Assembly: GCA_047495785.1 (NCBI GenBank)
Contig: JBLDXI010000042.1
Span: 2,232,001 to 2,296,000, forward strand
Source of the DNA: Lepidodermella squamata
Taxonomy: Eukaryota > Animalia > Gastrotricha
Reading direction: 5' to 3'
Length of the DNA stretch: 64,000 bases
Shown: positions 35,489 to 50,540 of the stretch, in pieces
Layout: every line of letters begins with the position of its first letter
How positions within the stretch are numbered: position 1 is the first letter of the stretch
Notes under the pieces: model-generated
Seen by the model: only the letters and a program-made list of their open reading frames with translations
Database searches by the model: none
Told to the model about the DNA's origin: nothing
Position numbers and translations under genes: made by a program

Positions 35489-38400
35489 CTAGAAAATTCA
35501 GAAACAAATATCGGTGTAAATTACAGGATAAAAGAAATACAAGCATTATTCACTTCAAGATTTTGTACTCAAGTTTTTTTTTGTTAATTTGTACTAAGAA
35601 TGAGTTTTTTCTTCGGGAAAAATGATCATCGTCACCTTATATTAAGCACGTTGCCTTAATAGTAATATATTGAGATTTAAATTGGAAACGTAAAAAAAAT
35701 TGTTTACTAAGATGTGGTGGGTGCAATTTTTAGAGTCATAAAAAACACTACGCGCGAGAAAAAAGGCCGGGCCCAGGGCGGCTAACGGGAAACAGGCAGG
35801 CGTGGTGAGCGCGTGATTTTATTATTATTTAAAAGCACCGCCTTAAAAACAAACGTGCGGGTCGCATTATATGTATGTTACATAATAACGTTTTTTGTTT
35901 TAGGGCGGCACCGGGAGCGAGCAGGAGAAGGGCGGTGGCGCGACAAGGTGTTTAATAAGAATTAAAACCGCGTGACAGAATGCTCTGACTTCAGGGAGAC
36001 CACAAAATAACATCGCACTTCTTGTTGTTATTGTGCGATTATATGGGTGAAAAAAATTGCCGACGAATGTATAATAATATAACCTACAGCTTTCTGGCCA
36101 GTACAACGCACCGGCGTCGCAGAACAGATGATGATGAGTAGCAAGAACAAGGTAGGTATAAATTTGCGTCAAGTGTGTGACTGCCAAGACGGACGGCGTT
36201 GGTGTAGAGGTAGAGGAGGAGAGAGAAAAAAACGTGTTTCACTCACAAACATAATACTACTATTATTACTGTTATTTTTCAAAACAGCTCGTTAATACTA
36301 TGGAAATTTCTTCGACACAAAAGCCCAGGTACATTTTGCGTTATATAAGAAAAAAATAATCCAAAATAAAAAATGAGACGGTAAACATTTCTGTTATAAG
36401 ACGTGAAATGGAGGGAGAAAGAAAGGCTCAATATTATGGCTTCCTTATGCTAATATTATCGCGTTATTTAATGTACGGGTAGTAGTAGTTGAGGGCAGGT
36501 TATACAGCGCGACACACGATGAACAGCGCCTCGGTGCGCACAAAAAAACAAACGCGCTTGCTTGCGCGACATTTACTTTTTTACATTTGCACCGCGCGGA
36601 CGTGCATTTTTCATTTTTGACACACACAGAGCGAGTACGTAATAAAAAAGTAACAAGGATGATATTATATGTGTTTCCCGCTTTCTTCCCGCGCGCCTGG
36701 AAGAAGGTGAGAGATGACGAAAAAACAAACACTCCACTTATAATAATGGTGACGCATAGCTGTGTTATGATGCTTGCTTGTCATGCGGAAAAGGCACGAT
36801 GTATAGCGTATCATCATCAACAAGGGCTAACAGTTTTTTGTCAAAGAGGCTTGGCAGCCGTGCATGCTGGTCGTTTTTTCCGCCCTTTGACGATAAAAAG
36901 ACGCTGACTACCTACGCGAGCACGGCGCACAAAGGTAATAACAATAAAAGACATATAAATTATAAATATATTTCCCGCTTTTTTATAACCTTGTCTTATA
37001 GCAGCATGAGACAGCTATAAATCATGGCTGGAAGAAAATGAAATAATGCCGAAATACCATGCCAGAATTTAAGCTACAAATGAGAGTCGAATAATGAAAG
37101 CTGGCCGACTGACTGAAGGCACGCTTTTGCAAAGTTTGTTTAATCGAGCTTTGCCCTACTGCAAACTAGATTTTGTTTTAGCGCGTCGGTTGTCGTGGAA
37201 GCGGTAGTTAGACTCGCTCGCTATTATTATTATTATTATTATCATTGGTAGGTGTACAGCAAAGGTAGACTATGTATCTTGAGTGTAACTTTTAAGGCGG
37301 CGGTGTGGTCAATAGATGCGCGGTGATGACGCCGGCCCCCGAGACTTAAACGGTGTCCCGTTTCTTGTCTCTTTTTATATACTTACTCACCTATAATAGT
37401 AACGATGGCCGCTAGCGCTGTTTTATTTGGTGTGTGCGGACGCGACTGCTGAGGCGCTCTATATTACAAGGTGGACGCGCGATAACAAAACAGACAATTA
37501 GACCCGTCATTATATGCACTGGAAGAAAGTTGGCGTTAAATTTAGCCACCGCCGCAGATGCGAAATTGTTATCGTTTTCAGAGGGAGTTTTGCAGTATAT
37601 TCTATACGGAGTAATAATAGCGCGAGATAATAATAATAATAATTAAAATCCGACCGAGCGACGCTGTGCCGAGATAACAGCGCCCAAAGCGCCTCATCTA
37701 TTCTGGTGGAAGTAGCCTAATGTCAACTGTCTTGCCTCGGTACGCGGATTTCAGGTCACCGTTTCGAATAATTTGCCGTGCCAACAGACGCGACTCTATA
37801 AATTCAGCGCAGTTGCAAGAAAACTAGTCGCTAAAAAGGTAAATAAAACACAGGCGTTGCGGGTTATAACCCAGCAAGTGGCTTTGCTAAATATAATTTA
37901 CAAAATATTTTCAAAGCCAGCATGGCCAGTTGGCAAAGAAAAGAAGCGCGCTCTCACAGGTGCAATTACCGAGTCAGCGCTTGATGCGCCTAACAAATGT
38001 GAGAAAAGTGAAGTGATGCGCAAAGTGAACGAAGAAGAAAAAAATAACAAGAAGAAGGAATCTGTATTTAGCGCGATCACCGCCTTAAGTAGTTTCTGTA
38101 TAGGCCGAGTCTGAAGTGAGTGTGACGATGAGGACGTTTTGAGAGCGTTTTTCTGGTGGACCGCACACCTTATTGGCTATTTTGTTGATTGTTGATGGCG
38201 AGCCCAGAGCCAAACGGAGCAGCTTACGCTTCCGCACTTAACGATAAGAGACCAAGCTGTGCACTACAAAAAAATGCACTTATGATAAAGCAATACTATG
38301 CGTTTCTGCCTACGGACCACTACTCATTAAGACATCAAGGTGATTAATATAGGAAGTTAACTTGTGAGTCCGCCTAACTAGCCCTAAAAATCGTTGGATT

Positions 38401-40826
38401 CCTACAATTTTCGATGAAAATTTGAATATTCCTACTGAATTTCGAAATTTGGGTTTTAGGTAAGCTAATACTCATATTTTCTCAAATTTCAGGAGAGTTA
38501 TATAGACGAAAGATGCCAAGTATAAATTAAGATTTTTTGTCGTGAAAAATGAGGAAATAGCACAAAACGTGTCACATTGTTTGTAGCCCACATAACTTAC
38601 GATATATTATTATATAAAGACAACACGAGTTCAAAAAAATTTGCCTAGCTATTAAAGCTGGAAGAAATAATGGCGTCATTTCTTCTTCAACTATTCTTCA
38701 TTTCCGAAGGTGGTGTAGGATGTGGATGAATCACGGGAACCCCCATCCTATATCCTATCCAAGTTGAGAACATTTCTATTAGCCTTATCCAAGATCAACA
38801 AGATTCGGCTCTGTTGACATTTGAGGACACAATATTTTTGCAAGAAGTTATGTTGGTGGTGCGGAAAGTCGCGAAATATTTGCGCGAAACGCGTAAATAC
38901 AGCGCGCATTTCCGGGATGAAGCGCGCGTCGAAAATCACGTTTATGCCAAACATCATGTTGAAGCAATGATTTGATTTGGTCGTCGACTATATAGACGTC
39001 AGTATAATTGTCTCTCGGTAAAAGAATTGTTTGTTTATTGTTTCGCGACGTCGTAAAATTGTCACAAGTCGTGCCTGAGTGAATGAGATGAGTCGTGATT
39101 ACAATAGGCTTTGGAATAACAACAACAGTGTATAGAAGCTTTGTTGGAACATGGATATATATTTTCGGAGTAAGAAATGAAATTGCAGGGGGAGGGGATA
39201 GTAGCCCGCCGTCGTTTCACCTCACATCGCCAATTGAAGCGCCCAAAACTATAAACATGAAATGTCACTTTAGAAGGGCCTGTATTCTAAACAGCCAGCA
39301 GCGTCTCGTCATCCGTGTTGTTGTCATTATTATTATTATCATTGGCTGAGTTATTATCTGTTTAGATTTCGAGAAAGGAACGAACGAGACCCCATGAAAA
39401 GATGCGGCGGCGTCGAGGGGAAAAGGAAGCTATCAGGGCCCCCGCATTTTATCGCTCTTTTTCTTCTTTATACGCATGTAGCCGTTCAAAGAATAATAAT
39501 AATAATATTACGCTGGCCCGGTAGAGCAGGGAGAAGACGCCACACGGCGCCTTTGAATAAAACGCCCAGCCAATAACTGTCGCGCACCCGTGCACCCGAA
39601 AACGCGCATTATTCAAAAGTTGGATGTGTCTCATCCTAATACTTTCTCACATGGCCGCCCTCGAGCGGCGATGCGAACGCTTCATATTATCGCAGCTTTT
39701 GATGAATAGCGCCAAGCGGTTGTAATAATAATAATGATAATAAAACTACATGGTCAAAGAAGGTGCATCGACGTCCTCAGCCTATTTCGGCCCGGAATAA
39801 ATAGGGGGCGCGGGCAAGTTTTATGGGCGGAATTTCTGGCGTCGCCTCTCGACAACAATGCCATAAAAGCGTAAAGAAGGTGAAAAGACAGTAGCTAAAT
39901 TAAATCGCAATAATAAAAGCGGGCGCTCCATGTTGTTACCGACTGCTTTTATTACAGGCCGTCCTTATTGTATCGTGAGAGAAATCAGCGGCGTTCTTTC
40001 GTCGACGCGCCTCTTAGCATCTTTTTCAAGGGTGACTTGGCTTGGCTACAGCGCCGGCGCGCAATAAGGCCGTTTCTCATCACCTGGCTTTCGCGGCGCG
40101 GTGCGCACGCATGCTCGATCGGCGGAAAAGTCCTGCGCGTCTCGCCTCATTTGCGCGCCTTTCCGCACACGCGCACTCCCCGTTCCGATGTAAATTGAAC
40201 CTGATATCGCGCGAGAGGCGATAATCGACTGCGACCACCACTTGATATTTAAATGACCCAATAATTACACAACGCCAATTTTTCAGTCATTAATATAATT
40301 TTATTATATAATTCTCGTAATATAACAATAATCGGTATATAACAAGTCCAGGTGCATCCAGAATAGCTTGTTCCACATCCGTGATAATTGATGAAGGTTC
40401 AGAATCAAACACCGAGCGTGCGAAGAACAGCAGCCTCAGTACACATTATATATAGAATATTACTCTTTACCGAGATATAATATAAACATTAAGTATTATT
40501 TTTCGCTTTTTGTGCGGTTTTTTCTTTTTATAGTACAAAACGTACGCGCGATCTACAACTTTTTGGAAAACAGATCGGAAATATCAAAAAGGAGCAAAGG
40601 TTTTTTTTATTAAAAGCTGATTTTATTGTAATAATACGGACTCGTCACCGTTGAACAAAGAAAATAATGAGTTTCACTATCATATTTTCATGAGACTTTT
40701 GATCACTGATTTCTGGTGTTTAATACAACGCAAATAAGAAGGTTTCATCGAATATACCAGAGAATTCAATCTCATATAACTAGAAGTTATGACTACGGAT
40801 ATACGGGTTTTTTGTCACTCGTTTTT

Positions 40827-43684
40827 TCATTTGTTTTGTTGCTGAAATAAAGCTCGCATGTCAGATAAAGCTGCAGAGATTCGTTTGATCATGCGGTTTG
40901 AGTCGGTTTTGTGATCTTGCGCGCCCTGCTTCTGCTTCGACGAAACGTGGAAAAACAGCCGATTTTCACCGGCGAAAATGTACGAAACACCGTAGCCGTC
41001 ATCCGAAACCGGTCCAAAACCACCACCCACGCTCAGCTTATCGTGCAAGTACGTCAAATCAGGATACAGAATCGAGTCAGTGACTTGTTGCAATGGAGTT
41101 TGAGATGTCGAGAGTGTCCACGGCAGCGATAGGACTTCGGTTAGGAAGGGCATGTCTTCTCCGAGACCACGGCCGCAGACGTAGAGGGCGAACAAGTGAC
41201 GGTCACAGCCTTTTCCATTCATTGCATCGCGAGACAGGCGTTGATGGACCTCACACGCAGCGCTCATCTAAAAATTTGGAAAATGAAAATTCAACGTTTT
41301 TCTTCTAATTTAGCTCGTGGGACATTTTATATATTGCATTAGGATTTATGCGCTTCTATCGATTTTTTCGATTCAATAAGGACTTAGAATAATTCGCGCT
41401 GATAAGAACTTCCCACTTATCTCGTCTGAAAATCTTATCCCCGGACCTCTCAAGTCTCGTTTTCAAGGGTAAAAAAAAAGAAACATCGCGTAAAATTGAT
41501 TGGCACAATAACGTAATCTATAATTAATCGGACGAGCGTCATCTCTTGCATAATAAATAAGTACCACTGTAGCACAAAAAATCTCAAAGCCAAGAAAATA
41601 ACTTACCAATTTGCGCTTTTCTTCAATCGAAATATTTGAGTCGTCCATAGCAGTCAGAAAAGCATGGGCTTCTTGAGTAAGCGATCGGATAGTCTCAGTT
41701 CGACCATGCAGGTACAGCCGAGTCATTGAAGATTCGTACGTCAGGGCGAGACGGCCTTGATCGCGCAAAAACGCCAATTGCAGGGCCATTTGAACGAAAG
41801 AGTCCGGTGAAACCTTGCAGGCTTTCATCGCCCCTTTGCCGAACGCAGTGTGGTCAAGAAAGGCAAGGTGAACCTCGCTATTATTACGGCACGCGTATTC
41901 ATACGCGAATCGAATAGTCGATCGCAGAGAGCCAAGCGGTGAGCTATTCTCGGTGGATGATAGGGAGGACGAGGAATCGCCACCTCGGGACAACACCGGC
42001 TTAGTATCGTTACTTTCAACTGGGCCAAGATCGAAATGAAGACGTTCAGGTTGGGGCGGGCGAGCTTTCGCGGCGGCGCGGGTCAGATCGAAAACTGAGC
42101 CAGTCTGCTCATCGTACAACTTGTCCGAGATTTCCGAGCCGAGGAAAACTTCGTTAACATGGCCAACAACAGGGGCGTCAGACGGGGTGTGCTCGAAGTT
42201 CATACCAACATGGCCGTCGGCGAAAACGATTACTTCGATGGTTTTGTCGAACCAAAGAGTCCGGCCGTCACCGTGCAACACAAATTCACCGCGGCTTACG
42301 ACGTCAGAATACGAACGATGTTCGAGGACAATGGCGAAAATTGCGGATTCGATGCAAGATAACGCGTAACGATTAGCCTCGGATGAAGCCATTAGTTGAC
42401 GACGAGCCGCAGCCCAACGAGGTCGGTCAAGAGCGGTTAAAGCTGGTACCATGGCATCTTCAGATTCAGGGTCAATGGGATGGCTGTCGACCTCGCGGAC
42501 AATTGCGTCAAAAGTTTGCTCAAGCGCTTTCGCCTTGTAAGGATTGCCGTCGGCGTCAGCAACATCGACCCGGAACCAGCAGTGCTTGTAGCTAACAACA
42601 ATGTGGCGCGATTCTTTATATTGAACCATTTCGTCGAATTCATCGCCAGGAATTCGCACGGACGAGAAGATCTTTTCATATTGATTCATGCAAAGTGGCA
42701 CAGAATTGTGAATCAACATTGGCTCGAGGGTTTCATGCTCGATTCTACCCTTGAAGTCCATATAGCCAGCGGTTAATGCAGCAGCCCGAGCGGTGGGTTT
42801 GCAAGTCGGAACCCAGCTTTGAGCCGCGACCAAATAGAAATTTGAGTTATTTGGCAGTGGAGACCTCGATCGGCAGTAAACGTATTTCTCCCACCAATCA
42901 GAAACGTAATTCGGTGCCCACCAAGACTTCAGAATCAAGAGACGCTGGAAGCGTTTACCAGGTCCATTGACAAATTTTTCAGCTTCTTTCTTAATACGGG
43001 CAAGGTCATCAGGACGGTCATGATACAAAGGTTCAAGAGAGCGCAACAACCTGTTGATCGTTTCTTGCAAAGGTGGCACTGGCATGCGAGGCAAACTCAG
43101 TTGGCATGAATAGAGCGTTGGCTGAGCAAGACCGCTGATAATTTTCACTGCAGCACACCATGAAAACGTTTTCCAGTTTGATCTCGAATTTGGCGTGGTG
43201 TACATCCAGCCGCGATATGCCAGCAAACATCGAAGCAGCATTCGACGGGTATACAGAAGAACCACGAAGAAGAGAAAACTGGCCAAAATGGCCAGGAAAA
43301 ACGCGCGCAGGTAGAAAGGTAGACGGTCATCAATTGCGAAAAATTTTCCCACCCTCCACAGAAATTCGGTAAACGGGCGACTGAACGAAGGATCAACGAT
43401 CAAATACGTGAATATGCTGACAAAGGCAACTTTCAAGTTGTACAGTGTAGTAGGCCACAAGCCATTTTTCAGTTGGTTCCTGTGAGTAAATAACTGAATT
43501 ACTCATTAAGAAGAATACTATACCAGAAGACAAACCTCAGACGATAAGACTTTTTGACGAATGTATTCTTCCACTGGATGAAGAAAGCCTTGCTGACTTC
43601 CTTGTCCGATGGATGCTGGCTTTTGGTCGAAAATTCACGCGTATCGACATTTGCTAATTTGACGGCAACACGGGCTTCCGCCAT
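40827..43684 (-). CDS. CPT1: Carnitine O-palmitoyltransferase 1. Exons 43684-43536, 43479-41607, 41267-40827
   Basis: MAEA N-terminus, two TM segments, [20 protein letters not shown], catalytic EH (FEHTPSDAP), [41 protein letters not shown] and [16 protein letters not shown]. Confidence 0.95.
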
Positions 43685-44784
43685 TCACGATGCGAAATTT
43701 CTAAATACAAAAAGGAAAAGCCAACAATGACGTGAAGTTTGAACTTGCAGAGGTAAACTGTTAAGGAGCGATAGCTGTCTCGTCGCAATGTAAGGTGTGG
43801 CATACTAATACCCTAGTATACCAGATCTTCTTAATTTATATCTTCTCACTACTACTAAATTCGTGCTCACAGAGAAAACTTTGCAGCCATTAGAATGAAT
43901 AAAACGCCATGAATACGGAGGAACCTGAAGAATAAAGATCAAAACTGCCCCCATTCTCCACGCTCGCTAGAAGAGGCTAGTTCCGCGTTTCATTAGAACC
44001 TCATATTACACCTCAATCGCAAACGCCTTTGGGGATTGTCACTAAATAACTGATGGCTCGGAATTCACAGTCAAAATCGCAATCGCATCGGAGAGGCCAA
44101 TGCATTTAAATCAGCCAAATCGTAGAAAAGAAGCAGTGAATTTGGGAAATGAAATATAGAAAACTCCGCAGCAATAGAAAGTATATAAACGCACACCCCC
44201 TACCATGCCGAATGCGATTAGACTTTGAACTTGTGACATACACAAGCTTTGCTCGCCATAGGGCAACGGGCATTGCGCATTGCCAAGTGAACTTTGGACC
44301 CGAGCAACCGCAAAAGCTGAACCCGAAAGGGCGTGGACTTTGGACCAAGGAGAAATTTAGCGGCATTTCAAGAAATATTTTGTATTTAAAAATGTATAAT
44401 AAACTAATAAATTTGAAACTATTATATTTAAAAAAATATTATCTGCCTTTATTATGCGCCGCAGGTTTTCTCGTCCGTGAACCTCCAACTGGTTCGACGT
44501 TGGTGACCAACGTTTGCTCGTTTCATTTTGCTATTGATCGGCGTTTCGGCAATGCGCTGCAATCATTCGATATTCACGACGGACTCCCATCTCTAGTCAT
44601 CGATACAGTGGTGTTTCGAATCAATCAGCAGAGAAGAATCGGGAATTCATTCATCAGTTCACAACCTCTGGAAGATCACGCGCGTTTCATCGGTCACTCG
44701 CAAGCACTACATTATCATGATAATTACTGCGGCATGTTTGATTAGATCTAGAAGTTAGAAAGGATCGTAATAAAGTGGATTTTG

Positions 44785-44969
44785 GACCGGCATCTACACA
44801 GCCGAACAAAAAGGGGTGACATAAATTTCACGTTATTAACAGCCGAACAACGCCGTAAACTTTTTATTCGGCATTGTTCAGCTGTTAAAAACATATTGTT
44901 CGGCATTTTTCGGCTGTTAAACACGTGGAATCGATTTCACCCCTTTGTTCGGCTGTGTGGATCCCGGTC
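44785..44969. mobile_element. MITE-like element with internal subrepeats
   Basis: gaccgg..tacacagccgaacaaa..ggggtga pairs with tcaccctttgttcggctgtgt..ccggtc, and acagccgaa units recur internally in both orientations. Confidence 0.75.
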
Positions 44970-46429
44970 TCGGTAGTTTCCAAACTTCAAGTGGGATAGA
45001 ACTCGAGAAGTGATCGAAACATGCATCGAGCTTCATTGTCATTCGTTCTCATTCGCTTATCAAAGCAGGACGAAAAGGCTGTTATGAGCTGGTTTATCCA
45101 CGAGTGCAGAATCATCAAAGCTTCCCGAAAATTTGGCGGGTTTGGCGGCCCGTGGAGCATTATCTGATTTTTGTGCATATTTGTTGGCCAATAGTAGAAA
45201 GTCATATTTCTACAAGAAATCACCCATTTGCGACCGAAGCGCCATGCTTCAGCGAGGAATTTTCAATTTTCGTCCTGAAAATGAATGCTTCGAAATTCCT
45301 CGCTGCCGGGATCTGAAGATTCTGGATACTTGGACGTAATAGTAGGTACGCGTTGATTTACAACTAAATAAGGAAGTGAGCATTTTTTGTTGTCCACCCC
45401 ATTTTTTCTCGAAATTGTCGTAGGCATTGCACATCTGGACTTGGTTTGTAGTGCTGATAAGAACTATGAAATCAATTTACAGAAAAACTTCGGCCGCGAA
45501 ATAATCGTCTTACTAAACTTCAATTTTTCAGGTTCAAGGGTTTAAATACTTTGTCCCTAAAAATGACTGAATATTGGCGCGAAAGTATTGAAGACGATTT
45601 TTTGAACTAGTTCAAAAACTCGAGTCACGAGTCACACGCCGTCATGTTTCTTTCAAAATCTGAAAATTTTTATTGCGTGCTGTCTGGTTAAAGTTCATTC
45701 TATAATTATACTGGATATTATTTCTTGAACACCCTGTATTTATAGAATCGTTAGACCAGTCGCAAATATTGCTCAAGACGTGCCACTCATTTCGGGATTG
45801 TTTTCAAATCAGGCTTATCCCGAACGTTCTAAACAATGCATTAGATTGAATGATCGCTCAATGTGTTATAGGCTGAAATTCGCTCTTGGCCTATGACGCT
45901 GCATGGGCAGGCTTCCGATGTTTTGCCACTGGACCACGCTCAGTAGCGGCCACTAATTAATATCAGCTGGCAAATGATAATTCTCGCATTTCTTGAGGTA
46001 AATTGTCAGAAATTTGGCTCGCTTCTCGCTTCGCTTGCATTCTGATTTACCTGCTTCTTCTGTTATCTCATTTTTGTGCATATTTGAGCAAATCCGACAT
46101 TACTCATTTAGATCAAAGTAAAAGGCTATAAGCATTGGCGTCCATTCTCTGATTGAATGAATTTCGCGAATTGTAATGCCCCTCTTCAAAAGGAAAAACG
46201 AAGACGAAAAACTGAAAAAGCTTCCGTAAACTTTGTTGACAATTTCTTCCAGTACCGGACACTTTTGGATCACAAAAATTGGAGGACAGTACACGGCGAA
46301 AATTTGAACGCTACAATTATTTCTGTCGTTCTTGAGCTCTTTATTTCTTTGGCGTCTTACAAAATTGAGTGCAAAATGATTTAAATAACCGTGTAAAAAG
46401 CAGAATTAATAAAATCAACAAATGACATG

Positions 46430-49400
46430 TCATCGGGGAGGGGCGATAATCAAACCAGCAACAAGTAGAAGTCCGATACCAGCAGCTGCCGCTACCGAAC
46501 GACCAGGTTCAGGATCTACTGTTGGCGAAAGCGGATATAGTAATTCCCATGACGCAGTCATTGCCTGCAGTCTCTCTATGAACGTCGGTTTCGGTGCCGT
46601 TTGAGGGACCAAAACGAACTTCACGTGAGCTTTCAAAATCGTCGACTGTGTGTCCAATGACGAATCAAATAGCCAATCGTCAACGGAGAATCTTGAAAAG
46701 AAAAAGTCATTAAAATCGTGACCAATTAAGAATTTTTAATCGTACGTGATTGCGGCGCCAATTATTTCATTTTGAAGTGTTCCATCAGTCGCGCCAGATA
46801 TTGACCTGAATAACGTCAGTTGGATAGCTGAAGGAACCCTTTCGCAAATGCGCTTGGTTCCACAGGCCAATGGCCACGTGATATCCTAAAAAATAGATCG
46901 TCGAATAAAGTTTCCCATAATTAATCAGTTACTAACCGCTGTTCTGTTCACTTTTGTAGCGTTCGGGTTGCTTAAGGCGGCAAGCACTTCCGGATCAGAG
47001 AGGCGCAACAACGGCTGCCGACCGCAGAACGTGGTCGCATTGTACTTGCCACCAATCTTGGTAGAGAAGTAGAGCTTGGAAAATTCGTCCAACTGTCGGT
47101 AATATCTTGGATAACGCCCGACTGGTGGTGGGTTGTCCAAATTTCCTTGAACGCGGTTGCATTCCGGAGACGGTGTTGGAAATCGTCTATAAATAGGGCT
47201 GATATTAGATGTGAATAAACGAAAATTGACACCGCCAACCTCAACTTTTGAACTGTAATCCAGTCATTCGAGGTGTCGGCTCTCTGCCCAGAACTCGGAA
47301 AGGATGGGAATGCGTATCTTGATACTAATTCTGCCGGTATCATTTTTCTCAACGCTGCTATCGCCAATCCGCTAAAGAACAAATTTTAAAAATATTGAAT
47401 AAACTTGAATTTTAGTTTTCAGCTGAACTTACCGCAGATTGTCGCAGTCGTCAAAATTTACCTTCGAAAATTCGAATGGGCAGCCTGTTGAACTGCCGCT
47501 GCCAAACTTAATCGGCAACGGCTTTATACAGTTACAGCGCTGGCTGTTTCGCTCGCTTTGTTCTGGCAGATATTTGACATCATCTCCAAATCGGTACCAG
47601 TTCCACCTCGGTGGCTCGGTAGCGTCATTTCGGACGTTCCCTTTGGTGTTAACATATCTAACGGAGAATGTTTGCTCCACCGTGTCACCAGGCGCGGCAT
47701 TATCGGCTAATGTTATCGAAACTGAACTATTTTTAGCGTCTGTTCCGTTGCCAGACCAACCGAGAGACAATGAAACACTTTTCACGAAGTTTGAGCAGTA
47801 CCAGCCATTTGGACCTTGGCTTAAATTCGGAATAACAACCGACTTGGTCGGGCTGCTATCAGGCGAACAACTGCATGTTGAGGCACCGGATGGCTGTTGA
47901 GCAATGGCAGCGGGTTTAGGAGAACACAATGTTTCATTGTTGAACCGACATTCATACGGCTCTGTCGTCTTAGGTAGAGTTGAAGTTTTAGCGCAAGTGC
48001 AGGAAATATTAGCTAATTTTTCAGCATTCCCTGATTTATCCGTTCTGGCAATAACGCCATTTAGTGCCTCTGTAAACCTGGTCAAAGACAAATCCGCGGA
48101 GCATTGTTCACGAGTTTGCAGAGTAGTCGAACAGCTGACAACATCGCTTTTTGAAAGAAACCTCAGAGGCGCATAGCGCAAACACCGGCCATCAGGTCCT
48201 CGCCCAGGAAAGAACAACGCCGCTCTCAGTGGAGTATTTTGCATAGAAACGACTCGGCTATTTACTGTGGCTGGCGAGGTGGGTGTGAAAAGCAGGGGAT
48301 TTCCTTGACGATAGCCTTGGGTTGTAAAATCCGTAGCCGTGAAAAAAGGTGGACCGGTTGATGGTGATGCGACGGCATCAAGATAAGTCCGGTCGAATAT
48401 TGCGTCGTAAGTCAAATCAGTGTAGTATTTGCCTAAATAGGCCGTATTTCTGTACATAATACAAAGCCAGCCATGCGGAAATGAATTGTACACAGTAGCA
48501 AGTGAATATTCCATCTTTTGGCCACGCTTCAAGTCGGCGCAGTCATAAGGCGGCTCGGGTATAATCGGACTAGGTGTCTCCAATGGCTGAAGCGTATCAC
48601 CGACACAGCCAAATACTTCTTTTTCTCCCCTAGTGCAGCTTTGATCGCAGCAACAAAGGGTATCACAGACACTGGCTTTCAAGTCACAGGCGCACGGCGA
48701 TCTTTCGACTTGGGCTGGATTGGCAAACTGACGGAAAGTCTCGCGACCCGCCAGCGTATTCCATTCAGCGGGAACTAATGGAACGATTTTCAACCTAATC
48801 GTTGTACTATTGAGATTGGTTGCCACTTGTGATGGTATGCAGCAATAAATATCGATAGGAATTTCGGTATCAGGCAGTCTGCGTTGCGGTGGTGCAGCAT
48901 TTTGCCTTGGAGTTTGGTTGGGAAATGGCGTGATGTTTCCTCCAAGTAGAGTAGGAGGTGGTGAAGAAAGCAAGGGTAGGGTAGCTACTATGCTTTGAAC
49001 CGGACTAGGTGGCTGGAGAAATAGACTCAATTCGTAGGTTGGACTGCCAAACTGGAAAAAACTCTGTAACGACGGTATGAAAGAAACTTTTCAACTAACC
49101 AAATCGGATGATTTTTTGTTCTCTGGTTTTCTCAAAACAACTAGGTACCCCGTGTCTAGTAGAGGTGTGCTTGTGAACAACAAATTGAGATCTGAATGAG
49201 ATAATAATAGTTCAATCATCAGAAATGGTAGAAGGCAAACCTGCGTTTAGGCAGTCTTGTACAGCGTTAGACTTAATTATGCCGCAAATTGGCTGCAAGT
49301 CGGTCAAATTTTGCTCGATGTAGAACAAAAACTACATAAGTTCATTAGGACATTAATTCTAAAGGCGGTTGTCAACGACAGCATACCGAAAATGTGTAGT

Positions 49401-49567
49401 TTTCTGCGATGTGGGGCTGATACGGGGCATTGTAAAAGATGATTGAGCATTCGATAACTATAATTTAGAAGTTATTGCGAGTTTAATGAAACGAAAGCGA
49501 TCTTCTTACCTTGAATTATTATGGAATTGGTTAGTAGAAGTCGGAAGAAATTATTAGCAAACACCAT
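46430..49567 (-). CDS. Tectonic family ciliary transition-zone protein, TCTN2-like (about 9 exons, short introns)
   Basis: Signature CACDLKASVCDTLCCCDQSC, GYRQGNPL, C...P.RFL, PIKFG....GC, QTFSVRY and C-terminal WELLYPL plus TM. Small 5' exons from the ATG at 49567 splice in frame into the 533-aa ORF. Confidence 0.88.
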
Positions 49568-50540
49568 GCCGATGAAGTGTTCGTTCTCTCTTCTCAAATA
49601 TATGAATCAGCGACTGGATCAGAACATCTTTTCATTTAAGCACATCTAGGTATACAATAAAAAATAAGCTAGGCTAAGAACATCAAAAAAGTTGGACACA
49701 TCGTGAGAATGTTCATCACCTAGGTACTCTGTTCTACCCTCTACACCCTGATGATGAATAATGCAAGAAAGCAAGGGCTTTTGACAACAAGGAGAACCTA
49801 AATCAAGATCAATATAGAAAATGAAGAAAATGAAAATGAAGAAATAAGGTGCTCGGAGGACAAAGCAGAGCTGCGCGGCAATGTCTGCTAAAGCATTTCG
49901 GCCAGAGAAACTTGCAACACTTGCATTCTTGCTGTGCACTCCTTCAAGTGAAACACTGAATTCTCAACTAAATATGATAGCAGTAAACGATTCGAGATAG
50001 CCGAGTTCTGAGGAAAAAGCTGGAGAACAGCTTGGGGAAAAAAACAGCAGGAAACAGCGAAAGCCGGCTGGAGAAAACGACGCTAAAACTAAGTGATGTT
50101 TTACAAAGGCAATTTTAAGACTTAAAAAAATATTTCATATCTGTAATGTGTTTAACAAACAAATGTTGTGACTATCAAATAGGTGCAAATATAGCTGATG
50201 TGCATCCAATCGATTTTTTCTCAAGTGATGCGGCAACTAGACGTTTCCTTGTAACTCCGTCTGGCTTTTACCTGTTACCTGGACCTCTTTCTCTGCAACT
50301 TGAGCCTAGAGCTCGTCGTTCTACCCAAACGTCAAAGCTAGTGACTTCGTATTCTTGATTTTCGTGTTGAAATAGGGGTCAGTATTAGCTTGAAGCTTTC
50401 GTTTGCTAGAATTCGGGCTCTGATTGAGTATCTTTTGGGTACTTATCAACAAAGTGACTGCTTCAACCGGAATCAGATTATAACTTCCGATTTTTGATAT
50501 CTTTGTATTTATTTCTTCCAACACACTAGTTAGGTTGAAT

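Noticed and set aside
35900-40260. Many 60-113 aa ORFs upstream of the ETS gene
   Set aside because: No motifs or coherent splicing. More likely regulatory or intronic DNA.
44149-44745. 198-aa + strand ORF
   Set aside because: No recognisable motif, it runs through AT-rich intron-like sequence, and it lies upstream of CPT1 next to a MITE. It cannot be supported as coding.
45715-45740. Tc1/mariner-like end (tacagggtgttcaagaaa on -)
   Set aside because: No partner TIR or transposase was found nearby.
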